The notes beneath the pieces were generated by a model. That model saw only the letters and a program-made list of their open reading frames with translations. It had not been told where the DNA came from and did not search any database. Below are positions 12,258-23,382 of a stretch of 64,000 bases of DNA, piece after piece. Every line of letters starts with the position of its first letter. Positions within the stretch are counted from its first letter, which is position 1. The translations under genes were made by a program, and so were the position numbers. The stretch covers positions 1,856,001 to 1,920,000 of the forward strand of contig OY970340.1 of the NCBI GenBank assembly GCA_963717465.1. The letters run 5' to 3'. Origin of the DNA: Candidatus Bathyarchaeota archaeon (GTDB taxonomy: Archaea; Thermoproteota; Bathyarchaeia; Bathyarchaeales; Bathycorpusculaceae).

Positions 12258-13286
12258 ATGACTAAAGTAACAGTCGTAATTCCTACCTACAAAAGGTCTG
12301 ACATTCTGCCACATATGATATTAGCGCTCGAACGCCAATCATACAAAGATTTTAACGTAATAGTAGTCGTTAAACCCTCAGGTGACGGCACAGAAGAAAT
12401 ACTGGAGCAAGCGTCTTCCTTTCTCAAAATTGAAACACTAATCCAAGACAAAGGCCACATCGTTGACGCATACTTCTTGGGCGCTAAAAACTCCACTGGG
12501 GAAATAGTGACTTTTCTCGACGACGATGCTATTCCAGCTGATAATTGGCTTGAGGAAACAGTGAAAATATTTGAAAATTCAGAAGTGGCTGGGGTAACTG
12601 GAGATTCTTTTCCTGCAATCATGAAAAACGGTGAACTTATCATCATTCAAGAACAAGAGATTCCTTCAGTTTTATCGCATTACGAGTTTGCCTGGTTTGG
12701 ACGTCCATTAAAAGGACTTGAAGAATACAAGAATTGCATTGCAGATTCTGGACAAGTCTATGAAAGAGGCAACAATCCTTATTGGCGAAAACGAGGTGCC
12801 GCAAAAGCTTTACTCAGAGGGCCGTCAATGGCTATTGATGGCGAGGTTTTAAGGAAAATCAACTTTCCGAAAGATTGGATTCTAGGTTGCGCCTGGGAAA
12901 TGGTTCTAGGCTGGCATATGTGGAAACAAGGGCTTCTAATGCTTTACCAGCCAAAAGTACAAGTATACCATTTAGTTCATGGCAGAACATCAAGCCGAGA
13001 CTACTTAAACCCGCGAACAGACTTACTCTGGGCAGTTGAAGCCGAGCTTCTTTTCTATAGACTATATCACGATGAAGAACAGCTTTCATTAATTAGCAAA
13101 CTGACATCCGACCTCGTTAGAGTAATTCATAGCATAAAATACCTAAAAAACAATCCAGTATATTACTTACGAAAAATAGAGGGAATTTTTCTTGGAAATA
13201 TGATTGGCGCAAAATGGGTAATTTACAAACAAATTGACAGTAAATATTCTCCATTAAAAGATTTGGAAAGATTTCGAAAAAGATAA
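12258..13286 (+). CDS. GT2 glycosyltransferase
   Basis: VTVVIPTYKR, FLDDDA. Confidence 0.87.
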   Translation: MTKVTVVIPTYKRSDILPHMILALERQSYKDFNVIVVVKPSGDGTEEILEQASSFLKIETLIQDKGHIVDAYFLGAKNSTGEIVTFLDDDAIPADNWLEETVKIFENSEVAGVTGDSFPAIMKNGELIIIQEQEIPSVLSHYEFAWFGRPLKGLEEYKNCIADSGQVYERGNNPYWRKRGAAKALLRGPSMAIDGEVLRKINFPKDWILGCAWEMVLGWHMWKQGLLMLYQPKVQVYHLVHGRTSSRDYLNPRTDLLWAVEAELLFYRLYHDEEQLSLISKLTSDLVRVIHSIKYLKNNPVYYLRKIEGIFLGNMIGAKWVIYKQIDSKYSPLKDLERFRKR

Positions 13287-13333
13287 TCTGTTTTCACTTT
13301 AGCAAAATTACCTGTCTTAGGTGCGGACAAAAT

Positions 13334-14410
13334 ATGTTGATGAAAAAAAGTGAACCTTTTGTTTCAGTAATTATCCTAAACTATAACGGACAAAATTACA
13401 TTGAAAATTGTCTTTCGTCAGTGTTAAATGTGAATTATTCAAATTTTGAGGTAATTTTAGTCGACAATGCTTCAACAGACAACAGCTTAACCATTGCTCA
13501 AAACATCTTTGGGAACGATTCAAGAATCAAAATCGTAAAGAACGAGGTAAATCTTGGTTTCAGCGGAGGCAACAACGTCGGCTTCGAAAAATCAACAGGC
13601 GACTACGTGGTTTTTCTAAACAATGACACAATAGTCGATCCAAACTGGCTTTCTTATCTTGTTGACGCACTGCAAAGCGATGAAACAATTGGCTTAGCTC
13701 AAAGCCTAATATTAATGATTGATGGGGAAAAAATTCAAACAGCAGGTTGGCTTTTCAGCGATTATCTAGTACTAAAACAATCATTAGCAGAAAATAAAAC
13801 AAGCAGTTTAAATTTTCAATCAGTTTTTGAAGTTCCCGTAGCCTCAGGAGCATCGATGATTGCCAAGCGCAGCTTAATCAATAAAATAGGATTGTTTGAC
13901 TCGACAGTCCCGTTTTTTTACGACGACACTTTATTGTCATTTAAAGTTTGGCTTGCGAATAAACGAGTTGTTACTATTTCAAACTCAAAAATTCGTCACT
14001 TGCAAGGAGCAACAAAATCGTGGAATATTCAATCGACCACTTTCAACCTCTTGAAAGCAAAAATTTGTTTGATGTTTGACGTTTACTACAATTTAGGCGG
14101 ATTGATAAGAGCACTTACAATTAACTTTTTGTCCATAATGATTAACTCATTGTTTTTTTTAAAAAGAAAAAATTTGCCAGTCATATATGCTAATTTCCAA
14201 GCGTTATCGTGGAGCCTAAGAAATCTTAAATTTATGTGGAAAAACAGGCTTGATCACTGGAGTAACTCAAAAATTTCTCCAAAAGAATTGCAAAAAAATT
14301 TCGTTAGACTTAACCTTCCGACGCCGTTTTACATTCTCCCGTCAAAATTAAGTCTCAACTGCTGTGCTTTCGAAGTTGGTAAATACGAAAAAGGATTGCT
14401 TAGAATTTGA
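13334..14410 (+). CDS. GT2 glycosyltransferase (rhamnosyltransferase-like)
   Basis: VSVIILNYNG, VDNASTD, NLGFSGGNN, FLNNDT. Confidence 0.9.
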   Translation: MLMKKSEPFVSVIILNYNGQNYIENCLSSVLNVNYSNFEVILVDNASTDNSLTIAQNIFGNDSRIKIVKNEVNLGFSGGNNVGFEKSTGDYVVFLNNDTIVDPNWLSYLVDALQSDETIGLAQSLILMIDGEKIQTAGWLFSDYLVLKQSLAENKTSSLNFQSVFEVPVASGASMIAKRSLINKIGLFDSTVPFFYDDTLLSFKVWLANKRVVTISNSKIRHLQGATKSWNIQSTTFNLLKAKICLMFDVYYNLGGLIRALTINFLSIMINSLFFLKRKNLPVIYANFQALSWSLRNLKFMWKNRLDHWSNSKISPKELQKNFVRLNLPTPFYILPSKLSLNCCAFEVGKYEKGLLRI

Positions 14411-14520
14411 ATTCTTGCGTCCTTTCAATCTCTTTTCAATTTTAAAGAATTCAAGTACTCCACTATTTCGATAGATGGATCTGTAAAACTTAGTTTTATG
14501 AAAAAGAGAGGGAAAAACCT

Positions 14521-15424
14521 TTGAGTTTAGTCAGTATTGCTAAAATTCATTTCAACGATGTATATCCAGTAAAAAAAGCGATTGATGAATCACTTCAATT
14601 GATTAACTACTCCTTTAATGATGCAATAAAAAACGTTGTAATCAAGCCCAATTTGTGCTATTACTGGGACTATTCTACTGGTCAAACGACTGACCCGCAG
14701 ATTCGTGGCTTCACTCATCGACTTTATCAGGAATAAAACGAGATCTGACGTAGACATATCAATTGTTGAATCTGACGCCTCTGCAATGCGTTGCAAATAC
14801 GCTTTTAGAATGTTGGGTTATGAAAAAATTGCACAGGAGAAAAATGTCAGGCTGGTTAATCTGTCAGAAGAAGAGAGCGATGAAGTAAATGTTTCTTGCA
14901 ACGGAAAAGCATACGATTTAATGGTTCCGAAAATAATTTCAGGCGCGGATTTACGGATAAATGTTTCAAAAATAAAATATACTATTGATCCAATCAAGCT
15001 TACTTGTGCCTTAAAAAATGTTTTTGGCTGCAACCCTAATCCCAAAAAATACCTGTACCATTCTGACCTTGAAAACGTTATAGTCGCTATGAACAAGGCA
15101 ATGAAATTTGACTTATGCTTAGTTGATGGCAATGTTGTTTCTGGAATTCAACCGAAAATATTAGGGCTTGTTATGGCGGGTCAAGATCCTGTTGCACTTG
15201 ATTCGGCTTGTGCTCAAATAGCCTGGTTGAATCCTAACAAGATAGGTTATTTTTGGTTGGCTGAAAAGGAAGGAATTGGCAAGCGAAATTTTGTTCCAAA
15301 AGGTGTTCCCATCGATTACTTTAGGGCTCTATATCCAAAGAAAACTTTTAGGCGTAAAATGATGGGTCAAGCCTACAAGCTAGTGCTTAGTGTCGGGCTT
15401 GGTCCGCGACTTGGTTTAGAGTAA
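14521..15424 (+). CDS. DUF362-family protein, frameshift near 14700
   Basis: VVIKPNLCYYW, ESDASAM, TCALKNVFG, DPVALD; paralog of 2881..3813. Confidence 0.85.
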
Positions 15425-15438
15425 GGCGGTTTATTCTA

Positions 15439-16425
15439 ATGAAAAATATCAACTTGGGCATAATTGGTTTAGGATACATTGGGCAAATCCATCTTAGGCA
15501 TAGTCTAAAACTTGAAAATGCAAAGGTCGTGGCAGTTGCAGATTCTTCTCCAAAAGCCTTAGAACGCGCGAAAAACTTGGGCGTAAAAAAAACGTTCAGC
15601 AATTATGTCGATTTACTAAAAGACCCTGAAGTTGATGCAGTGTTAATATCTTTGCCAACGCATCTACATCTAAAATGCACTCAGTTAGCTGCAGAAGCTA
15701 AGAAGGATATTTTTCTTGAGAAGCCGATTGCCGTAAACATCCCGGATGCAAAAGAAATCATCTCCGCCGCTGAACGAAATTCTGTAAAGTTGATGATTGG
15801 TTATCCCTTAGTATTCAACAAATCTTTTAGAAGACTTAAAGAAGATTTGGAAGCTGGCTTACTCGGCGACGTTGAAAATATTCATGCAACCTACATTAGT
15901 TCAGGTCCATTTTTCCATCGAGCAGAAGGATACTCGCCCATTCCAGTTCCAGATTGGTGGTTCAATATCGACTACACGGGCGGCGGTGTATTAGTCGATT
16001 TGGGATGCCACATCATTAATCTTTTACACTGGCTATTCGGCGATATAGTGGACGTTAAAAGTTACTTTGGATATCGTTTCAACATGAACTTTGAAGATTC
16101 AGCAATGTGCTTAGCAAAATTTGCTTCTGGACCTGTTGCTGCAATTAATGTCGGTTGGTTTTCCCAAGAGTATGCTCTTAAACTTGATTTACTGGGAAGC
16201 GTTAAGCATGTATCAGTTATTCATAAGCCGCCAAGCCAAATATCGACTGCTTACCAAATGTTAACACGAGGTATTTCAGAATTTTTCCAGCCACATCTGG
16301 ATGAGCTGCAGTATTTTGTCTATTGTCTGCTTACAGATGCTAAGCCTTCGCCGACTGGACAGGATGGGCTTAGAGACTTGGAAGTAATATCCAAAGCGTA
16401 TCAAAACAAAATTGTTCTTCAATAA
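15439..16425 (+). CDS. Gfo/Idh/MocA oxidoreductase
   Basis: GIIGLGYIG, EKP, GGGVLVDLGCH. Confidence 0.92.
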   Translation: MKNINLGIIGLGYIGQIHLRHSLKLENAKVVAVADSSPKALERAKNLGVKKTFSNYVDLLKDPEVDAVLISLPTHLHLKCTQLAAEAKKDIFLEKPIAVNIPDAKEIISAAERNSVKLMIGYPLVFNKSFRRLKEDLEAGLLGDVENIHATYISSGPFFHRAEGYSPIPVPDWWFNIDYTGGGVLVDLGCHIINLLHWLFGDIVDVKSYFGYRFNMNFEDSAMCLAKFASGPVAAINVGWFSQEYALKLDLLGSVKHVSVIHKPPSQISTAYQMLTRGISEFFQPHLDELQYFVYCLLTDAKPSPTGQDGLRDLEVISKAYQNKIVLQ

Positions 16426-16441
16426 ACTGGTTGAGCCTTAA

Positions 16442-18083
16442 ATGGATAAAGCGCTTCAGATGGGCAAGTCATCCACGACTGGCAGTTTTCACTTGCTAAT
16501 AGGTGTAGTGGGATCGACAGTAATCCTTGCTGTAGGTACGCTTATCTTAGCGGAATTTTTGACGGTTGATCAACTTGGACTTTACGGAATAGTTCTAATT
16601 CCAGCAACTATGATAGGGTTTTTTCGTGATTGGGGCGTTAACTATGCACTGACTCAACAAATAGCCAGTTTAAGAGCAAAAGGAAACGAAGGGGAGATTC
16701 ATAATGTTATTGTTGCAGGCGTAGTTTTTGAGGTAATTACTGGATTAGCTCTGTCACTTGTGAGTTTAGGTTTAGCTGTACCATTAGCGGTTATTCTGCA
16801 GAGGCCAGACGCTGCAGGGTTGATGGCACTCATGTCTGTCTCAATATTTGGTGGAGCATTAATTTCCGCAGCCTACTGGGATTTTTGTTGGATTTGAAAA
16901 AATGAAGTTCAACAGTTTTACTCAGATATTTCAGGCTCTGATAAAAACTGTCCTTGCTTCTTTTTTTGTGATTGCTGGTTTTGGGGTTGTTGGAGCCGTA
17001 ACTGGCACCATAATTTCATATATTGCGGGAGCAATAGTTTCAATCTTTATTGTTTACTTTTCATTGTTTAGACCGTTGAGAAGATTCAATGTTGGTCGAC
17101 TTGACGTTTGGCGTACATTAAAGCCTTTACTAGGCTACGGTATACCCTTAACGGTATCGAGCGTTGTGGTTGGTGTACTGCCTCAATTCTTCGCTTTTAT
17201 CATGGCAATTTATGCTGGAAACGCGATGATGGGCAACTATTATGCTGCCACCTATTTCGCTGTTCTTTTGACTTTTTTAACTTTTCCAATTGCAACTTCG
17301 TTGTTCCCAGTTTTTTCTCAACTAAACCCTGAAAAAGAGCCAAATCTTGTTTCCGCTGTCTTTACCTCATCCGTTAAATATACAGCGTTTCTTCTTGTTC
17401 CTGCAACAATACTTATCATAACTGTTTCAACTCCGCTAGTGAATACGTTGTTTGGAACAAAGTTTCCTTTTGCTCCAATTTTTTTGGCTCTATATTCAGT
17501 GATCAACTTGTATGTTGTTTTTGGAAACATTAGTTTGAACTCTTTCCAAACAGGAATAGGAAAAACCAGACAAGTAATGAAGCAAAGCCTATTGTCTTTA
17601 GCTGTTGGTTTGCCACTTGCCTACTTTTTAGTTTCCCAGCTAACGCATTTTGGTGGAGAATCGCTGGGTCAATTTTATGCCATAATAGGAGGCATACTGG
17701 GCATTTTAATTTCCAGTGTTCCTGGCATGATTTGGGGTCTTATTTGGACTTGGAGAAATTACAGGGCAAAGGCTGATTTCAAAGTTTCCGCCAAAATACT
17801 TTTTGCTTCAATTCTCGCTGCACTGGTAACTTTTGCTTTCCTAGTGGTCTCTACAAAAGCGCCTTATTGGCTTAACCTGACAGTTGGAGTGGCAATTTTT
17901 CTGCTTGTTTACTTAGTTAGTGCTCCACTTGTTGGCGCCGTTAACCGAGCTGATATCGACAATCTTATTTCAATGGTTTCTGGCTTAGGATTCCTTTCCA
18001 AAATCATCGACCATTTCTTATTGTATATGCGGCGAATAAGCAAAGAATCTCCTAGCACCAAAAAAGTGAATATTGAAGTCTAA
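16442..18083 (+). CDS. Oligosaccharide flippase (Wzx/MOP family), frameshift near 16875
   Basis: Two hydrophobic ORFs join into ~14 TM; GLYG, DWGV, YGIPL, GNYYAA, LFPVFS. Confidence 0.87.
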
Positions 18084-18172
18084 TGTTAGAAAGCTTAAAG
18101 AAACAGTTTTTCATATACTTGTTATTAGGAAAATCTATCTTTTAATCGATTTTAATTTTCGAGGTATTTTTT

Positions 18173-18979
18173 TTGACTTTAAACGACGAAGTTAACATGG
18201 CCAAGTCACGCATAGCTGCCACTTTTCTTATTTTAGGCTCGCTTTTACTGGTCATTTCAGTTTTTTATGGAATTCAAATTGTTGCGTTCATAGGGTTAGG
18301 ATTAACTTTTTGGGGTGCCATATTTGTCGTTACACGAACGGGAAATTTTGTTGATAGTGGTTTGCTTGAAAGTTCCGCGAAGTCTCTTTATTCAACGATT
18401 GATAGGATGCTTAATGATCTAAATTATTCTGGACAAGGATACTATATACCTGCTTATCCTCAAAACGTCTACCTTCCAGATTATCTTAAGAATTTGAAAG
18501 AATCAGTGGTTTTTATTTCAGATCGAAGTTTTTCTGGGCCACCTGCAATCGAAGAATTAGCATCAGGCAAATTTTTGTCAGCAAGATCAAGAGGCATATT
18601 TATAACTTCTCCAGGTTCAGGAATCTTGAGTGAAATAGAGAAAAAAATGAACTTGGATTTTACTAAAATTAATGTAAATGATTTATGTGGAATTTTGAGT
18701 CGTTGCATGACTGATTTTTTAAATCTTGCTAAGGCAATGGAGTTATTTGTTATTGACAGCAACACAGTGAGACTGATTGTAACTGGTGTTCTGTACGAAA
18801 GCCTGTACGACCCCGAGAGTAATTGTCGAAGTGTCGGCATTATAGGTTGTCCGCTGGTTAGCGCAGTGGCTTGTGCGCTCGCAAAGTCCTCAGGAAAGAC
18901 AGTGGCAATCAAATCTCAAACATTTTTGTCGAGCAATTCAAAAACTATTGATGTTTTATTTAGTTTTGTGAGAGGTTGA
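18173..18979 (+). CDS. Conserved hypothetical protein, 2 N-terminal TM and Cys-containing C-terminal domain
   Basis: LGLTFWG, YIP, SPG, GCPLVSAVACALAK; paralog of 52238..53086. Confidence 0.8.
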   Translation: MTLNDEVNMAKSRIAATFLILGSLLLVISVFYGIQIVAFIGLGLTFWGAIFVVTRTGNFVDSGLLESSAKSLYSTIDRMLNDLNYSGQGYYIPAYPQNVYLPDYLKNLKESVVFISDRSFSGPPAIEELASGKFLSARSRGIFITSPGSGILSEIEKKMNLDFTKINVNDLCGILSRCMTDFLNLAKAMELFVIDSNTVRLIVTGVLYESLYDPESNCRSVGIIGCPLVSAVACALAKSSGKTVAIKSQTFLSSNSKTIDVLFSFVRG

Positions 18980-19191
18980 AAAGAATGTTTTTTCCCCTGT
19001 CTTATTATGATCTGAGTTTATGGCTTGCTGCCGTTGCCATTATACTTCTGATTACTTCTGAAATAATATGTTCATCAACAGAATATTCTTCGAGAGTTGT
19101 GATAGACAAAAACTTTTTGAGAGCTGTTTCCCTTGGTTGCGGTTTAGCTTTTGTTGGTATGTTTATTATGCATGTAGCTAACTACTTTTAA
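18976..19191 (+). CDS. Small 2-TM membrane protein
   Basis: Overlaps upstream stop; paralog of 53089..53301 (LLITxE motif). Confidence 0.75.
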   Translation: MKRMFFPLSYYDLSLWLAAVAIILLITSEIICSSTEYSSRVVIDKNFLRAVSLGCGLAFVGMFIMHVANYF

Positions 19192-19211
19192 AAAGGCAGT
19201 TGTTTGTTGAG

Positions 19212-19680
19212 TTACGTTTGTGATCCTATTATTGCAATGTTAAAGCTGAATGTTGTAATGCCTGTTATTGATGATGACACGGTTATAGTTAGTGTTGCCT
19301 CGGTTGAATTGTTAGCTGCTAAGGTTGTGTTTTCCTGATCCCACGTCAAGGTTATGAAAGAGTTAGCGTTTGATGGGGTCCAACTTGAACTTGTCATGTT
19401 TAATGTCAATGGCACTGTTCCATAATTCTTGATGTAAATGGTTACACTTGTCGAGTTGCCTGGGGCTACTGCTGGCCAACTTATTGAGGTGCAGTTTGTT
19501 GTGCATGCTGAGTTGGTATAGGCACCTACATTAACAGTTGCTATTGTTCCAAGTGTTGGTAAATTTTGGCTTGTAGTCAGCAAACCTGAGGTTAGGGCTG
19601 TAAGAATTATTGCGACAGTAACTGCGCTTATTGCTATTATTATATGGTATTTTCGTATTTTTATTTGCTGTTTCCTCCAC
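19212..19680 (-). CDS. Secreted Ser/Thr/Asn-rich beta-sandwich protein (possible fibre or surface subunit)
   Basis: Frame extends upstream to KIRKYHIIIAISAVTVAIILTALTSGLL; the GTG at 19680 is out of frame by 1; IKNYGTVPLTL; many NxS/T sequons. Confidence 0.75.
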
Positions 19681-19949
19681 TATGGTTTCCTAGTAAGTTC
19701 TGATGTATTGAATTCGAAGTCTTAAGTATTAATAAACATTATTGTCTAAGTGAATTACACATATACACTTCAAAACCTTAAAGTGTACTCAAAAGCAGAA
19801 TTTGCTAAGAACCGTGTCGTCAGTTAAACTGCCGGTCCAAGTCCGCAACTGACGAACACCTAAAACAAACTCTAAAAATGAAAAATCGAAACACTTAACA
19901 AAATCACTATTTGCATCGTATAAAAGTAAAAAAAGAGTAGTCAGCAGTT

Positions 19950-20618
19950 TTAAACCGGAGTTGGCGATGTTGGAGGCGTTTGTGGTTGGGTTGTTACCCC
20001 TGCGTACTCTCGAGGTGGGGGTAGAGGCTTCAGAGAGAAGAATGCAATTGCCAGAAGTATCATCGCAATCCAAATCAATAGGTAGCCAATGGCGATAATT
20101 GTTAGAATTGCGCCTATGACTAAAAGTGTTCCTGTGGTTGCGAATAACCCTACTTTCGATTTGTCAGATAGGTGATTTAATGATTTTCTCAATAAGAAAG
20201 CAGAGATTACAACCGTGAAAAAGAGAATAACAACAACTGCAGTAATGGCGCCAGCAACAGAATAAAGCATAGATAATACTTGTTGACTGGATGATGGAAT
20301 ATTTGGTGTTATAGTCGAAAGTGCTGCCCAATTACCGTATGTCCAGCTAGGGAAAATCTTCGATAACAAAGTCGGTAAAATTAAGAATAAAGCGATTAAG
20401 AACGAAACTACTCCACCGATTATGCTTAAAATTACGCCGTATAAGAAGTTTGAGAAGATGCTTGATTCTTTGTAATAACCTGCCAAACCATGCAAGCCTA
20501 TCAGAAGAAGTATAATGCCGATCAAAGATAGAATTGGAAGAAAGGTGTATGGGATAAAACCAAAAATGAGCAGTACTGCACCGACGCCGCTTAAATTTTT
20601 GCTCGTCTCAAAAGTCAT
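19950..20618 (-). CDS. DUF996-like membrane protein
   Basis: K-x-L-x-G-x-G N-terminus, LFATTG..GAILTII, LLAIAFFSL, Pro-rich tail. Confidence 0.8.
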   Translation of the reverse strand: MTFETSKNLSGVGAVLLIFGFIPYTFLPILSLIGIILLLIGLHGLAGYYKESSIFSNFLYGVILSIIGGVVSFLIALFLILPTLLSKIFPSWTYGNWAALSTITPNIPSSSQQVLSMLYSVAGAITAVVVILFFTVVISAFLLRKSLNHLSDKSKVGLFATTGTLLVIGAILTIIAIGYLLIWIAMILLAIAFFSLKPLPPPREYAGVTTQPQTPPTSPTPV

Positions 20619-20934
20619 TTATTTTTCCTCTATTTTTTCTCTGTGTTTTAATAATAAAAACTTTTCTTTGCTGCTTGCTTGCTAAGCAACAGTTTTTATG
20701 CTAACTACGTATCAATTTTAACATTAATTTCAAATTTAATTATTTCTAACTTTCGAGAAACTCGCAAATGTCCAAAATTGGGCGTCAGAGAAAAATATAC
20801 AATCAGGCTAGCAATGCTGTCTTAATTTAACAGTAGGAAACACGTGTTTTTCTTTTAAAATGTAAGACTTTAGCAAAAGTGTTTAAGCAACGGATTTTAA
20901 TGAAATTATTTGGACTCTTGAAAAGGGTTGCTGA

Positions 20935-22618
20935 TTGACTCAAAGTTCACCATACATATCTAGCAACTTGAAGAATTCAGTCCTAGATTTCTGTAGACAT
21001 ATCGGTGGTAAATCCGAACTCTTAGCTGTCGGGATTGTAGGTAATAATTCAATAAATGTCCCTTCATCAAAATCTCTCATGGAAATTGTAGCAGTTATCA
21101 AAGATTTCCAGCCGAGAATAATGACTTACTTGAGAAATTTTGAGAAAACAGTTATGATCGTGGCCATTGATAAATGGGTTTTTGAAAGAGATATCGAGCG
21201 TGGATTTCTTGGTGAATCCATAGCAAGCAAATTAATTTATCCACATTTAGCTTTATGCGGCGATACGTACCTGCGTGAAGAAGAAATCATCCTGAAAAAA
21301 AGATTAATTTTAGAGTTGCTTCAAAACTTGGTTTTAAGTTATCCAGAGCTTGCCTATAGACTTCAAATTAAACCCCAATATTTCATGTATGAAGTAATGT
21401 TAAATCGGGTTAAAATTTTCCCATTAATATCGAGTGCTGTTTCAAATCTGATGGAAAATGGGAAATTGAGAAATGAATCAGAAGCGCTTAAAAGTTACCT
21501 ATCAGCCCTAAATCAGCTTGAAACCGAGAAAGATTATCAGTTTTTCAAATGAATACGTCACGATTTCAAAAAAATTTGTGGTCGGATGCCAGGACCAAAA
21601 AATGAAAATTATCAATGTATCAAAAAATGCTCCTAGAACATTTTTTGCGTCATTATTTGAGAGCTTTGCCTCAGCTAATAAATTTTGCTCAAAATGCGCA
21701 AAATCTAGAATTTTCAAAAATGCAAAAAAAAGGCAGAATTCTCGAAGATCAGAATACTTATTTTGTTAATCCTCAAAAATATGTGTTTTTTCCAACATCC
21801 AATGGTTTAGTGTCTTTGCTGATAAAGTAGACATAGCAGGCTTTGCCCATAAAATGCTGTTGAAAGACTTTAACGGCAAAATGAAAGTTGAACCAATAGG
21901 GGGAGTATTAAATAACGTCTATTTACTGAGAATTACTAATAACAAAGGAGAAAAGAAGGTTTTAGTTAAATGCTTCAAGGATTGGTCTGGGTTTAAATGG
22001 TATCCTTTGTCTTTGTGGTCTTTTGGAGCCAGATCATTTGCTTTATCAAGCCAAGCGAGACTGTCAAAAGAATATGCTACAAATGAGTTTTTACACTCTG
22101 AAGGATTTCATGTTCCAAAAATCTTTTGCGTTAGCAATGCTGATCGTTTAATTTTTATGGAGTATATCGAAGGCGAAAATCTTGGTCAAGTCATTAAAAG
22201 GCTGGCATTAGCTAGTAGCCAAGAAAAAATAGATGAGGAAATATCCAAAATAGAGCAAGCGGGAGAAATACTTGCCAAGGTTCACTCGCACAATATGACT
22301 TTAGGTGACACAAAACCAGAAAACATGTTATGTTGCCATGATGGCACAATTTATTTGATCGATTTTGAGCAAGCAGCTCAAGACGGTGACAAATCATGGG
22401 ATATAGCCGTTTTTCTTTACTTTGCAGGATATTATATTCAACCATTTTCAAATAACGCGAAAGCAATTGTTGAATCGTTTATTTCGGGTTACCTGAAAAG
22501 TGGTGGAGACCTTAGCGATGTTAAAAAGGTGGCTAATGCAAAGTACACCCGTATATTTAGCATTTTTATGATGCCTTCAATAGTGAAGGCAATAGTAAAT
22601 GCGTGTAAAAAAGCCTGA
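20935..22618 (+). CDS. Hypothetical N-terminal domain fused to an atypical (Bud32/RIO/Kdo-like) kinase domain, frameshifted
   Basis: ORFs 20935, 21518, 21615 and 21854 tile without gaps; VLVK, FMEYIEG, LGDTKPEN, LIDFEQ. Confidence 0.7.
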
Positions 22619-22708
22619 GAATTTTTGTTAATTTAGGTTTATATCGTAAGAAAACGAATTATTTTATGAGGGATTTTTACGAGCGATAAGATTAGTTATT
22701 ACAAGGGT

Positions 22709-22966
22709 GTGTATAAAGTTAGAGTCGTGACTGAAAGTGAAGGATACATGATTGTTGAGGCTCTTGAAAATTTTGAGGACTGTGTTGAGAGTGAAGCAGT
22801 TACAGTTAAAACTGGGGAGCGTCGAATTGTGCCAATTGATACTTTGTTTGATGAAAAATCTTTGCCGCCTATGGTAAAAGAGCACGTTTATGAGTTAAAA
22901 ATGGAAAAGAAGCTTAAGAGAATGGTTGCAGAAGAGGAAAAAAGAGAAAAACAAGAGAAGAAGTGA
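22709..22966 (+). CDS. Hypothetical protein
   Basis: 85-aa ORF downstream of TATA-like TTTATA at 22639. Confidence 0.7.
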   Translation: MYKVRVVTESEGYMIVEALENFEDCVESEAVTVKTGERRIVPIDTLFDEKSLPPMVKEHVYELKMEKKLKRMVAEEEKREKQEKK

Positions 22967-23049
22967 CTAAAAGGTAATTGTGCTTAGATTGATTCTTAAT
23001 ACGAATATTAGCTAAGAATTTTGGTTTCATAAATTATTAAGGGTGAATT

Positions 23050-23325
23050 TTGGCAAATCAATATTCCATGATGACACTACCTGCAGCCCTAACTCGACGC
23101 ATGCGTTATGCGTTTCATGTTTTCGGTTTGAGTTGTTTAGGCGGAGCAATATTTCTTCAAATTATTTGTTTTACTGACATAGCCTCCAAGGGCTATTTTT
23201 TAGCTATTGAACAAAACGTTGCTATATTAGGATTCGAAGTTTTTCTAACTGGGTACGCTACGGTTTACTTTCATTTACATGTATCAGCGTTTAATTCGTC
23301 AGGTAAAATAGTTTTTTATAAATAG
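23050..23325 (+). CDS. Small 2-TM hypothetical protein (C-terminus probably frameshifted)
   Basis: GGTGA ribosome-binding site before TTG; two hydrophobic segments. Confidence 0.65.
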   Translation: MANQYSMMTLPAALTRRMRYAFHVFGLSCLGGAIFLQIICFTDIASKGYFLAIEQNVAILGFEVFLTGYATVYFHLHVSAFNSSGKIVFYK

Positions 23326-23382
23326 ATTTTTTCAAAGCTTAAATGTTACAAGGCCAATTTTAAGAAAGAGGCAAAGAAACCG

